64,000 nt of DNA from Octopus sinensis (taxonomy: Eukaryota): positions 169,942,001-170,006,000 of the forward strand of contig NC_042997.1 in the NCBI RefSeq assembly GCF_006345805.1. Reading direction: 5' to 3'. Below the pieces are notes generated by a model. The model ran no database searches, was not told the DNA's origin, and saw only the letters and a list, made by a program, of their open reading frames with translations. Positions 10,046 through 22,801 of the stretch are shown here, one piece after another (position 1 is the stretch's first letter; each line of letters starts with the position of its first letter). Position numbers and translations under genes: made by a program.

Positions 10046-10404
10046 AAATGGCTGTGTGGTAAGTAGCTTGCTTACCAACCACATGGTTCCAGGTTCAGTC
10101 CCACAGCATGGCACCTTGGGCAAGTGTCTTCTACTATAGCCTCAGGATGACCAAAGCCTTGTGAGTGGATTTAGTTGACGGAAACTGAAAGAAGCCCGTC
10201 GTATATATGTGTGTCTGTGTTTGTCCCCCCAACATCGCTTGACAACCGATGCTTTTGTGTTTACGTCCCCGTCACTTAGCAGTTCGGTAAAAGCGACTGA
10301 TAGAATAAGTACTAGGCTTCCAAAGAATAAGTCCTGGGGTCGATTTGCTTGACAACAGGCAGTGCTCCAACATGGCTGCAGTCAAATGACTGAAACAAGT
10401 AAAA
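10046..10404 (+). mobile_element. tRNA-derived SINE family B, near full length
   Basis: A-box-like TGGCTGTGTGG, B-box-like GGTTCAGTCCC, internal TA/TG tract, 3' end ..gtcaaatgactgaaacaagtaaaa; many copies in the window. Confidence 0.9.
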
Positions 10405-11199
10405 ATAGTATTAAAAAAAAGAGTAATAGATATAAGACCCAAGTTTAAAAGATTCTCAACAATTCAACTTCTCTGGTTGACATTAAGACACCCAGCCCCA
10501 ATATGGGCCTTAACTCTCACATTTCAGAGCTCCATGACCTCTATTTTTCAGGAGCAAAATCCTTTTAACAGGTTCCATAAGACTGGAATTTTGGAATCTG
10601 CACATAAAGATCAGTCGTATGGGATACATGTATCATGATTAGAATTTTTATAAGGTGTGCAAAGAGGGAAAGAACCCTCATCTGCAATTTTGATGAAATT
10701 CGAATGATATTCCAGTTCATTAGAGAAAATATAATAGAAAAGTCTAAGTCTTCAATTGCATGTAACACTGGCAACGCCGGGTATCTCTGCTGATGTATAT
10801 ATATATATATATACATACACACACACAAAAGAAGATAGATTCATAGATACAACTGAGTGGGCAAGCAAAAATATGAGACACTGCTTAGTGCTTTTTTTTT
10901 ATTTTGATAAGCCTGTTACTTATCAGTTTCTTCTTGTCAAACCAGTAAGTTATGGGGATGTGAATAAAGGAACAGCAGTTGTGAAGCAGTAATGAAACAC
11001 AGAGACAAAGACACACACAGACACTTACATATATACATACATATATTTATGATTGATTTCTTTCAGTTTCTGTCTACAAAATCCACTCACATCCCACAAG
11101 GGAATAAACATAGAGGGGAAAAACAAGGACAGACAAAGGGATTAAGTCGATTACATCGACCCCAGTGCTAACTGGTACTCTATTTATCGACCCCGAAAG

Positions 11200-11860
11200 G
11201 ATAAATTAGAGAAGAACTACGATGTAGCAATTCAACAATAATATATTTAAATCATACCATATAGAAAAAATTAAAGATACGATAAAGCATTTACCTAGAA
11301 CTAAATAAAATACGAAATAATAAATAAATAGTATATAATTAGTAAATAGACAATATGTGTTTCATAGCTATATTTTCAAATTGATAACAGTAAAATCAAT
11401 TCAATTTTAATACAGTCACTCATCAGGTCCAAGGTAAAAACAATAAAATAATTAAATAAATGTACGTATATTATCCTATAAGAAAATATAAATATATATA
11501 AAAATACGTAATTTTTCAATAAAAAGTCGAACAAAATTCAACAATATATCTTTAAACAAAAACACGAAATATCTTATCAAATATATTCTGTTAACTAAAT
11601 CTTTAAACTTAATGCGTAGGACCTAGTGTGTATAATAAATTTATCTCATTAAAAATGTGGTGTAAATCAAACTAGAATAAATAGATAGAAATATTTATTT
11701 TAGCTTATAGAAGAAAAATATAACAAACTATAGTATATCATTACTGGAAAATTAAAATACAAGTAACTAAAATGAAATATTTAAACAAAATATATAAAAT
11801 ACATAATATACATTAAGTGAAGCTAAAATACCATAGCCTAATCCATCTCCATCAAATTAT
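11200..11860 (-). pseudogene. Very decayed Penelope-like reverse transcriptase fragment (tentative)
   Basis: Very AT-rich. Minus-strand pieces ILASLNV (motif A-like), HIFNE..LGPT (motif B-like) and YLIRYF (RYxDD-like) occur in the expected order; many stops. Confidence 0.3.
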
Positions 11861-11870
11861 TATGCGTGCT

Positions 11871-11918
<48 letters not shown>

Positions 11919-11947
11919 TATACACACACACACACATATATATACAC

Positions 11948-12014
<67 letters not shown>

Positions 12015-12261
12015 AGGTTTGGAGATGATGTACAGGTATTATATATTGGGAGAAAGCGCTAATCCGAATGATATGATATATATGTAAAAAATGTAATATA
12101 TAAATAAATATCTATAAATATGAACCATCCGATCTGATTACCTCATTTTTTCTAATATATATATATATATATATATACATACATATATGTATATATACAA
12201 AGATATGAATATACACACATATATGCATATACATACATACATGTACAAACATGTATATGAA

Positions 12262-12546
12262 TACATATTGCAAGTAATAGAAATGAAAGTAATTGAAATT
12301 GAAACCATATAATAGTGAAAGTATTGATAGAGATGTTACTGTTTCACTTTTGACATGTAATACGGAAACAGTATAAGAGATAAGAGATTGTTCCATGCTC
12401 GCATTAGGCAAGAAGTTGGAAATTTTTTCTGTCCATGACACTGCAGGGACCCTAAGTAAGGCATGAGTAAAATTTGAATGAGATACGTTGGGTAGTTCTC
12501 GAGTTTTAGTGATGCACACACATACAGACAGACACATATTGTCAGT

Positions 12547-12555
<9 letters not shown>
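12262..12555 (-). mobile_element. Non-autonomous Helitron/Helentron-like repeat, same family as 62783-63072
   Basis: Reverse complement of 62783-63072 (aactga..tgtctgtctg..cactaaaact.gagaactacccaac..taaatttt); both copies sit in TA tracts. Confidence 0.55.
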
Positions 12556-12590
<35 letters not shown>

Positions 12591-12777
12591 GTGTGTGTGT
12601 ATATATATATGTGCACACATACACACACACATCTCAGAATTGACAGGCTTCATTCAGTTTCTACCAAAATCATTCTGGTATGGGGCTGGAACAGAAGATA
12701 CTGGCCGAAGGTATTATGCAGTAGGCATGAACCCAGAACCACAAGGTTGTGAATTGAACTTCCTGACCACATGTCCA

Positions 12778-12780
<3 letters not shown>

Positions 12781-12858
<78 letters not shown>

Positions 12859-12910
12859 CTCTCTCTTTTCTTTCTTCTCTCTCTCTCTTTCTCTCCATCT
12901 CCCCCTTTCT
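12781..12910. repeat. (CT)n microsatellite
   Basis: Directly visible. Confidence 0.97.
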
Positions 12911-14194
12911 CTCCATCTCTGTCTGTAATTTCGGAATTGTAGTTGTTTGGCAAGTGGCTTGATCTGAGGCTGTGTGTTGGAAAAGAAACAATTACATCAT
13001 GGAAGAGTCATTTTAGTCATTTAAGAACAGAAAAACTGTGTTACATTTACATTTCATTAATTCCTTAATAGCCAGTCTATTATGAGGTGTATTGAAATAT
13101 TTTGCCACACTCATTCAGCTTAGTCACTGATAGCATTCCAGATGCCATAGAACTGTGTCAATGACCAGGTCGCAGAAGTGCACTTTGTAATAAAGTTTAC
13201 AAAATAAACAAAGTAAATTTAATAGTTTCTGTGTGTTCTTCAATGGTTAGAAATTACTTTCCCACAATGTAATTGTTTATATTTATATATATATATTATA
13301 ATAAGAGATATATATAAACATACACAAGGAGTATATAAGGATAAATTATCCAAGCAGGTACCCATAAGAGCTCTCTATTACAGTCCAGGTTCTGGCTAAC
13401 TGCACCAATTACTAAGAAGCACCAAGGGTCGCTTAGGGTGAACAATCCCACTGTATTTCTTCTGATAGTGGATTATAAATATTTTCAGGAGTGTAAATCC
13501 AAAAGAATACAAGGCTCGCTTTTTTCTTTATTTTACTATGGTTTTAGATACCAAAGGAAAGTGAAAGGGAGATGTTGAATCTTGATATGGCTATAAAATT
13601 TACTCTGTAGCTGACCTCATGTTAACCTTAGTTCCAGGACAAAATTGAGAGTTTTATACACTAAATTAGGTCAAAATATATCTTAGTGTTTTAATAGAAC
13701 TTTATCTATGTATTAAAAGATATTAATTAGAAATAAATTTAATTTAATTTTATCAGTTGAAGGAATTGTCATGTACTTAAGATGTCCATATGAAAGGTGA
13801 GTTTTAGATAATATACAAGTTACTGTATCCTATATGTGTTGCCACGATTTGTAAAAAAGATATTTCAAGCTGGTGAAAATATCAATAACTTGTTGTAAAT
13901 TAGCCTAGATATTATCCCAGCATTTACCCCTTAAATTTAAGCACTTTCCATTAGTATAATGAATACTATCTTATCCAACAACTGCATGGAAGTGTTTAAA
14001 TGTTTTCTCATGCAGGTGAGGACAGCTCAACACCTGTTCAAGTCTACTGTTAAGTAATTGGCATTTTGATATAAAAATCTGGTAAATTTCCTCTATACAT
14101 AAGTTACATCTTTTCCTCCTGTTATATAAAAGTACAGCTGTGCTAATTGTTTGTAATTGTTTGGGATTTACACTCCTGTATATACATATAGGGT

Positions 14195-14531
14195 AAAGAC
14201 CCCTTCTGGTCATGAATGACCAAGGCATTGCACCTAGAAAGTTACCCTCCGAGGCACAAGTCCAGGTAAGGTTGATTCTGGAAGACCAGCGGTCGCCCAT
14301 GCTTACCAGCCTCCCCTCTCCATGCCACCCATGCTGTCCAAGGGTAAGGCAAAGGCCAATACAGCTTGGTACTAGTGACATTGCATCTCATTTCTACAGC
14401 AGAGGGAAATGGAGCAACATGAAATAAAGTGTCTTGCTTAAGAACACAACACACAGCCTGGTCCAGGAATTGAACTCACTACCTCATGACTATGAGCCCA
14501 ATGCTCTAACCACTGAGCCATGTGCCTTCAC
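14195..14531 (-). mobile_element. tRNA-derived SINE family C
   Basis: Head TGGCTCAGTGGTTAGAGC..GAGTTCAATTCC, then gtgttgtgttctt.agcaagacac; related heads at 16430-16670 (-) and 41921-42190 (+). Confidence 0.8.
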
Positions 14532-14542
14532 TCATCATCATC

Positions 14543-14768
14543 ATCATTTAGCGTTCGCTTTCCATGCTAGCATGGGTTGGACGGTTCAACTGGGGTCTGG
14601 GAAGCCAGAAGGCTGCACCAGGCCCAGTCTGATCTGGCAATGTTTCTACGGCTGGATGCCCTTCCTAACGCCAACCACTCCGTGAGTGTAGTGGGTGCTT
14701 TTTACGTGCCAGACGAGGCTGGCAAACGGCCACGATCAGATGGTGCTTTTTATGTACCACCGGCACAA
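14543..14768 (-). mobile_element. RTE-LINE 3'-tail element ending in (GAT)n
   Basis: Reverse complement of 29520-29720 (gagtggttggcgttaggaagggcatccagccgtagaaa..catgctagcatggaaa). Confidence 0.85.
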
Positions 14769-15999
14769 GGCCAGTCGGAGCGGCATATACTAGCAGAGAT
14801 ACCCAGCCTTGCTCAGGATTAAAATGGCATAGATTTTTATTACTTTACTTGTTTCAGTCATGTGACTGCGGCCATGCTGGAGCACTGCCGTTGGTCAAAG
14901 AAATCAACCACAGGATTTATTCTTTGTAAGCCTAGTATTCATTCTGTCAGTGTCTTTTACCAAACCACTAAGTTGCAGGAATGTAAACACAGGTAAACAG
15001 AAACTGAAAGAAACCTGTTGATACATATTTGTGTGTGTATGTATGTGTGTACCTTTGTCTTGACATCATGTAATGGTTGTAAAATGAACATCACCATCAT
15101 ACAAGCAATATTGTTCGTTTCCAGTCTTCCATGTTTGGTCCTGGAAAATATTGCCTTGCTTGAGAACAAGTGAGGGCTAGTGATAGGAAGGGAACTGGCT
15201 ATACAAAATCAGCCTCAAGTTCCATCTGACCCATGGATGGAAAAGTGGACATTAAATGATTATGACAATCTCAGCAGAATGAGTGGCAAATTAAATTCCA
15301 GAGCATTTGAACCTAGCATGTACAAGCTGGCAACTAAATACTGCAAGGCTGTTAGTTTGGCGTCTGATCATTTCTGCTGCATCACACCATAGTTATTCTT
15401 CATAATGATTACATTGTTCATGTCTATTGAGAAAATACTTTTATATCAACGAATTAATTTATCGCGTAACGATAGCCAAAGCAGCTGCTCTGTGGGATTT
15501 TAATTTAAATTCTAATTCATTTTATGATAAGAGCAGATAACACTTGTCATGTAGAGAGAACATCATATTGTACAATTTTTGTTGGTGGTAATGATGTTGT
15601 TGTTGTTGCTAAAATTCTATGCATTTATATGATATTATGGTAGGTTGCAAACTGCAAATCATATCTTTTTTGGTTGCCATGCGATAAGTAAAAGTTGCTA
15701 ATCATTTATTTGCTATTGATAACTTCACAGGAAAAGAGAGAGATTCAAACCAGAGATATTTGAAATACAGCTGCAATACTTTATTGAATGAGAAATTGCA
15801 TAATTTTGGTGGATATATCAATTTAGTTTAGCAGCAGCTAACATAACCTTTTTTTTATATTTTTGCTGGTATTATCATGATTAATAACTTACCCACTTTT
15901 TCTGTACCACTTTATCTAAAAGTATATTGGATAAAAAAAAAAATAGGCTGTATCTTTTGTTGTTATTGTTATTACTAAATTATGAACTTTTATTTGGAA

Positions 16000-16363
16000 C
16001 TAGCACTATGACCCGGCAACGCCGGTTCACAGTGCTAGTGCATGCATATACAGCTGCGTGCGTGCACACATACACGTGAGTACTGTCCAAATCTCCGACC
16101 AATCACATACATCAAGCTGGCATTCAATTGGCGTATCAAGTTTTGGGCATTTTGATTGGGTTTTGGATAGAAAATTCACAAAAAAGTCACTTCTATTGAT
16201 TTTTTAATGGCTTTGCGGGGTGACTGGGGAAACGTAAAGATGTGCACGACCACCCTTGGACGGTTTTGAATGACCATAGAAAGTGCGAGCCCTCTAACTG
16301 AAAAATTGTAGATTTGTATAAAAGACAGACACACAGACATTTTGCCGTTTATATATATAGAGA
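16000..16363 (-). mobile_element. Non-autonomous Helitron
   Basis: 5' A|TCTCTATATA, 3' hairpin CCGGC-GTT-GCCGG then CTAG|T; A/T target, no TSD. Confidence 0.85.
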
Positions 16364-16721
16364 TAATTCTACTTTATTAAAATTTTAATTATGAAAATGT
16401 GTTATCTATGTACATATTAAGAGAAGATCAAAGGTCCTTCCTGAGCCATAGATTCATAAGGTCATTTTCCCAAATTCTATGGCATATATATATTCCCTGG
16501 ATGGATGGGATACTGGTCTGTCACAAGATTACTTATTTTCACCAGCTGAATGGACTGGAGCAATGTGAAATGAAGTATTTTGCTCAAGAGAACAATGTGT
16601 TGCCTGTCCAGGAATTGAAACCATGGTCTTACAATCACAAGTGAAACACCTTAACCACTAAGCCAAATGTCTCCTTAATCCCGTGTGAGTGAAATCAACT
16701 ACTCCTAGGAGATGTGTTTAA

Positions 16722-16942
16722 CCCTTTAGTGTTCGCATTATTCTGCCAAGATTAATGCTTTTTCATCCACATTGTTTTGAACTTATCATGCATTATCTTG
16801 TAGTTATGAGATTTTGATGAGGTAGCTGTTAATTTTTAAAACGATATTGTAGGGTTGGTGTGAGAGACCAGATATGGCCAGTTTGAACATAAAACAGGCA
16901 GAATACTTTTGGCCGGATATGGCCGGTTTAAATGCTAAAGGG
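16722..16942. mobile_element. piggyBac-type MITE
   Basis: TTAA|CCCTTTAG ... CTAAAGGG|TTAA (TSDs 16718-16721 and 16943-16946). Confidence 0.85.
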
Positions 16943-17762
16943 TTAAGAGAGATTGAAAGTGCCAAAACACTTGATTAGTTATTTACAAAGAAATTTCATG
17001 TCAAATTACTGTTATATAATTTGAAGCAATTCTTCTTCAATAGTCTCTACTTCCCTTATCTTGATGAATTTACACCCATCTTCACTTAAATCCTTTCAAT
17101 ACATCTACTCCTTCTTTTCCTCCACTTCTTACTGTTAGTATATCTAACTCTTCTCAAATCCTGTATTTTGAACACTTTTCCTAATTCTCCTCTATGACTG
17201 CATTCCTTCTGAATCTTATGCAAATTCCATTATGGACTGCTAAGATTCAATGGATCAGCACTTATTTCCAGTTGTTTCTGTGACTCTAAATAGCCAAGAG
17301 ACAAAAGTTTTCTTGGATAAGTTATCAGTCTATCACTTGTAACATTTCCTACTGGGGCAAATTGAATGCAGCACTGCAAGGCAATGAATTACCAATTTCT
17401 AACCAAGCAGTTGGTGCTTACAGCTATGGAAGTCTGCAGCAGCTGTTTAACTTTAAGATTGAATTTGTCTGTTGAGAGTTAAGATCCTCGACTACAAAAA
17501 TAACACTGTGCTAATGATAGGATACAAATTGCTGACCTCTTGACCAGTTGTCTAGCACTCCACCAATTTAGACATCTGCACACACACACACATTTAGTTT
17601 ATTGTTCTATTATTCATAGAATCAGCAAAAGATGTACTCCATTCAGTGAGAGATAAATATCATTTAGTATACACAGTACTAAAATATCAGCTACTATTAG
17701 TTTCATGCTGTGGAGACCTAATAAACTGGCTTTGTGCTTCCAAACAATCCTTTAGACATATA

Positions 17763-17802
<40 letters not shown>

Positions 17803-17810
17803 TATATATA

Positions 17811-18036
17811 AGGGCAGCGAGCTGGCAGAAACATTAGCACGCCGGGCAAAATGTGTAGCCGTATTTCGTCTGTCGATACGTTCCGAGTTCAAATTCCGCC
17901 GAGGTCGACTTTGCCTTTCATCCTTTCGGGGTCGATAAATTAAGTACCAGTTACGCACTGGGATCGATTTAATCAGCCTAATCCCTTTGTCTGTCCTTGT
18001 TTGTCCCCTCTGTGTTTAGCCCCTTGTGGGTAGTAA

Positions 18037-18040
<4 letters not shown>
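17811..18040 (+). mobile_element. SINE family A, young full-length copy
   Basis: tRNA-like head with B box GAGTTCAAATTCC, CpGs retained, 3' ..tttagccccttgtgg. Confidence 0.9.
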
Positions 18041-18069
<29 letters not shown>

Positions 18070-18599
18070 CATTTTAGTGTCTGTTTTGCCCAATTTTTGC
18101 ATGAATCAGAAAAGACTCACTGATACAGATTTTCAACAGGCTGATGCCTTGCTTGTCTCCAACCTTCATCTGTTTCTCAGTAAGGTAATATTTCCTGTTG
18201 TCTTTCAAACTTGAACAGCACAATGTAACTCAATAATACACGTGTAGCATATTAAAAGAGAAGATTATATTCATGTTGTGTAAATGATACAAATTTGTAT
18301 TCCACTTATTTTGTTGCTTATTTAAATGAACGCCTGTGTATTCATTGACTATAGAATCAACTGTGACATTACATCAAGCAGTTTACTAGTATGGCAACAG
18401 TGCCAGTCATTGCCTATATTGTGGTTTTAAAGAAAAGGGCCATTAAAAAGAAATTAAATTGTTTGTCCCTAGTGTTTTGATACACACAGTTGAAATATTC
18501 ATGTTAATGATTGGATATTCAATAGTACCACTGCTAATGTTATACAAGAAATGGATTGGCCCTGACGATGTAATATTCTACATGCACAATATTCTTTTC

Positions 18600-19031
18600 T
18601 ACTCTAGGGACAAGGCTCGAAATTTTGGGGGAGGGGGTGCCAGTCAATTATATCAACCCCAGTATGCAACTGATACTTAATTTATCAACCCCGAAAGGAT
18701 AGGATGAAAGGTGAAGTTGACCTTGGCAATATTTTAGCTCAGAACTTAAAGATAGATGAAATACTGCTAAGAATTTCTCTTAGTGTACTAACATTTCTTA
18801 TTTCTTTATTGCCCACAAGGGGCTAAACATAGAGGGGTCAAACAAGGACCGACAAAGGAATTAAGTCGATTACATCGACCCCCAGTGCATAACTGGTACT
18901 TAATTTATCGACCCTGAAAGGATGAAAGGCAAAATCGACCTTGACGGATTTTGAACTCAGAACGTAAAGACAGACAAAATACCACTAAGCATTTCTCCTG
19001 GTGTACTAACGTTTCTGCCAGCTCGCTGCCT
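18600..19031 (-). mobile_element. Two abutting SINE family A copies (older ~18600-18795, younger ~18798-19031)
   Basis: Both match the reverse complement of 17811-18040. Confidence 0.85.
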
Positions 19032-19460
19032 TTCTACATGCATAATATTATGAAAGAAAAAAATTGTTCTTACACTTCACAGCTCAGCATTTCTACAGAG
19101 ATCCATGCCTCAATGAATCTGGCTTCTCTATAGACAGTTACAGATAAGCAGAGTAAATTATTTACCATTTTGTCTCTTACCACCTGCTATGCAGCTCATT
19201 TATTTGCCCCAGTATGACAACTCACTTATTGGCCTCAATATTACAGTTCACTTAGTCTCACTACGACAACTTTTCCCAGTGATATAACTCAGTTATCAGT
19301 CACATGTGTTAAAGGAATTCAGTTTGCTTCATTGCAATCATTACAATGATCCCACCCATCCAACAACAGCTTTGCAGCCCACTTATTGACCATGATGCCA
19401 TATATCAATTCATATTACACGCCCTGTACATTTTTCCTTTTTTTTCTTTCTCTTTTGCAA

Positions 19461-20007
19461 GCACGTGCCGGTGGCATGTAAAAAGCAACATCCGAACATG
19501 ACCGATACCAGCGCCACCTTGACTGGCTTCTGTGCCGGTGGCACATGACCTGCTGTGCTTGAGGAGACCTATTGAGTCAAGTACATCAACATCAAAATAA
19601 ATATCAAATGGAAATTGTAGTTGTGATACCTGTGCCGGTGGCACGTAAAAAGCACCATCTGAACATGGCTGATGCAAGTGTCACCTTGACTGGTTTCTGT
19701 GCTGGTGGCACGTAAAAAGCACCATCTGAACATAGCTGATGCCAGCGCCACCTTGACTGGCTTCTGTGCTGGTGGCATGTAAAAAGCACCAACTGATCGT
19801 GGACGCTGCCCGCCTTCCCTGGCACCTGTGCCAGTGATACGTAAAAAGCACCCACTACAGAGTGGTTGGCGTTAGGAAGGGCATCCAGCTGTAGAAACAC
19901 TGTCAGATCAGACTGGAGCCTGGTGCAGCCTCCTGGCTTCCCAGACCCCGGTCGAACCGTCCAACCTGTACTAGCATGGAAAACAGACGTTAAACGATGA
20001 TGATGAT
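19461..20007 (+). mobile_element. RTE 3'-tail element with a 6-unit GTGCCGGTGGCAC minisatellite
   Basis: Motif starts at 19465, 19532, 19632, 19699, 19766 and 19828, followed by the RTE tail and (GAT)n. Confidence 0.85.
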
Positions 20008-21620
20008 TACTGTTACAAGGAATTTGTAGTTTACATGGCTGTTACAAGCCATTGCAGCTTACAGTTACAAGACATCACAGCTCATGATTACACATCCATT
20101 TTCATCTATCACAACAACCAAATCTTTACTTCAAACAGAATTTCTTCATTCAGCTAATCTTAATATGAGACACCTGCTTAAATGAATAAATACCAGAAGC
20201 AGTAAATTATTTCTGCCATTTCCTGTAAAAGTATATCTGTTTTCTGGCCTTTTTTTATGTGGCTCTAAAAAGAGGATCTGTAATTCCCATAAATTCTGTA
20301 TAAGAAATTTTCTACATACAAATTTATTTAATGAACATTGACAGATGAACATATGTGTATAAGTATTTCTATGAGTATTTTTATGTATCTTGTTAATGAT
20401 TATGTCCAGTTAAAATTTGTATTCGCTATCCTACTGAGCTAGTACTTTCTACAGGTTAGTTACTATGTTATTATAGCATATGAACTGCTGTTTTTTATAT
20501 CACTGTCTGTGATGAGTATCCCATGACTATAGAGCAGACAGACCCATAGAGTACTTGTGGAAAAAAAATGTAGAAATAGACTCTTGTATGTATATGTATG
20601 TGTACATACATATGTATATAAAAAGAATTTTATAGTCTTTTCTGAGTAACAATACAACATTCTTCTACATACAGATTAAATGCAATGAACTGTTAAACTG
20701 CTTTCGCTATAATTCATTTCCAATATTCATCTTATTAAAATCAGCATACATCTGTCCTACTGTAGGAGGTCATGGAATAATTTGTTCTTAATATTCCGTT
20801 AATATCCATAATAATTTTAGAATAAATTATAAAGATTTTAGTGTACAGTTCTCAGTAAATGCTTATAAGTAGTAACTTCAGTATGCATTGTTTAGTTAAG
20901 CCCTGGAACTGTGAACCAACAAACCACTTGGTTAATCCAAGAAAATCATTATATGACAACTAAGCAGTGCAATGAATGATGTCCAGCTGTTGCAATTTCT
21001 CCATCTGTGTTTATTTTGGAATCTGATTAACTACGATAGAGGTAGAAGATTTTGAAAGAAAACAATGGGAAAGGTGATGTTGATGTGAAATCTGATTAAA
21101 GAAAACACTAGACTGACTGTCTTATTTCTAAAATGCTTTCTTTGATCACAAAAGCTGCTGTATTAGCAAGGGTTTGTCTTAATAAAACCTATTCTTGGCT
21201 AAGAAATATTTAAAGCGAATTTTAAGTTATTGTTACTGAGAAGATAATGTTGTTGTTTCTGATTAGCTGCTATGTCGCTGATATGATCAAATGGATTTAA
21301 TAGTAATAAGTTACATTAGTATTGTTTGAAGCACAGAATTAAGAAATGTTTGGTATGGGAGGTTGTAAATCATATGAAGATTAATTGCTATTGTTAAATT
21401 AGATTATTATTTGCTTTCAATTTTAAGTGTTGGAATGATGCAGTACTGTCATGATAGCTTATTTTCAATCTTTAATCTTCACTGCTTTATCTTAATTTTT
21501 TTTTTACTACATAAATTCGACCCCTTTTGTAAATACCTCTATAATACATGCTATTTTTTATCTTTGTTAAATACTTATAATATATAATGTGAAAGAATCA
21601 TCATTATATATATATATATA

Positions 21621-21800
21621 GGTAGCCACTACACATTTTTTTTCTCTCCTTGTTTCTTTCTGTGTTCCTTTCTGTGGAAGAGCGTAGGCTCAAAACGTAA
21701 AAGACGTTTTCAATTCCTGAGCGTTATACTAATACATCTGATTGTTTTCTACACCACCTGTCTTCGTCTTTTGTTTTTTTCGTGAATTCTCCTCCTATAT
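21621..21800 (+). mobile_element. Penelope-type repeat with hammerhead-like motif (G12A decayed)
   Basis: Same family as 9165-9332; flanked by (TA)n on both sides. Confidence 0.65.
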
Positions 21801-22672
21801 ATATATATACACACACACACACACAAATATAAAAACACATTCACATAGACATACAGCAAGTGTGTTCTACTTATAGCTCTGGGCTGACCCAAGCCTGGAG
21901 ATTGGATTTAGTTGAAGGAAACTGGAAGAAGCTCATCATGTGTGTGTGTGTGTGTGTGTGTGTGCACGCATGAGCGTGTGTATGAGTTTGTGTCTCCTTG
22001 TCTTGACAGCACATGGTAATTGTAAATGAGTGTCACTGTCATACAAATGATCATTCATTTCCAATATTCTGGAAAAAACATGTCTGGCCATAAGGAAATA
22101 TCACCATGCTTGGAAGCAGTTGAGGGTTGGTGAGAAGAAGGGCATCTAGTTGTAGAAAAATCCGCCCAATTGATGGGTTCTAGTGAAAATAGGTTACAGA
22201 AAGCAAATTTTGGAGATTGCATAATGTTAAAAGTAGAAGTAGGAAAAGTTGAGAGTATGGCATTAATGCAGTTTGAACATGATATAAATAAGGGATATAT
22301 AAGAAATGTCAGTGGAAATGGTGAGGTCTAATAATGTATAGTGCTGGAAACCCTTTAAGTTATAAGTTGTTTCTGAGAATTAATAAAGGGTGTAAAAGAA
22401 CTTTTCTTTGTAAGAACTGCCACAACAGAATTTAGTCTAGAACTCAAAAGCTTTTCACGAATTTTGTTCTTATTCTCAACTGTTTTGTTTCTCTAATAAA
22501 TTTAATTATTGCTTGCTAATAAATTAGTTCAGGATCCAATATCACCCCATGCAATTTGAAACTTAAATGCTATTCTATGAATTTTGCTGAGCTATACTAA
22601 AAAAGAAATCCCCTAAATACAAACATGTGCACAATTATATACATGATCATAGACATATGCACACCACACATA

Positions 22673-22801
<129 letters not shown>

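Noticed and set aside
11200-11860. Mitochondrial insertion (ND5-like DGLG motif, very AT-rich)
   Set aside because: No continuous frame under the invertebrate mitochondrial code. The motif order fits a decayed Penelope-like RT slightly better; neither call is secure.
19465-19850. CRISPR array
   Set aside because: Eukaryotic context and no cas genes. The spacers are homologous to one another, and the array is part of an RTE 3'UTR found several times in the window.
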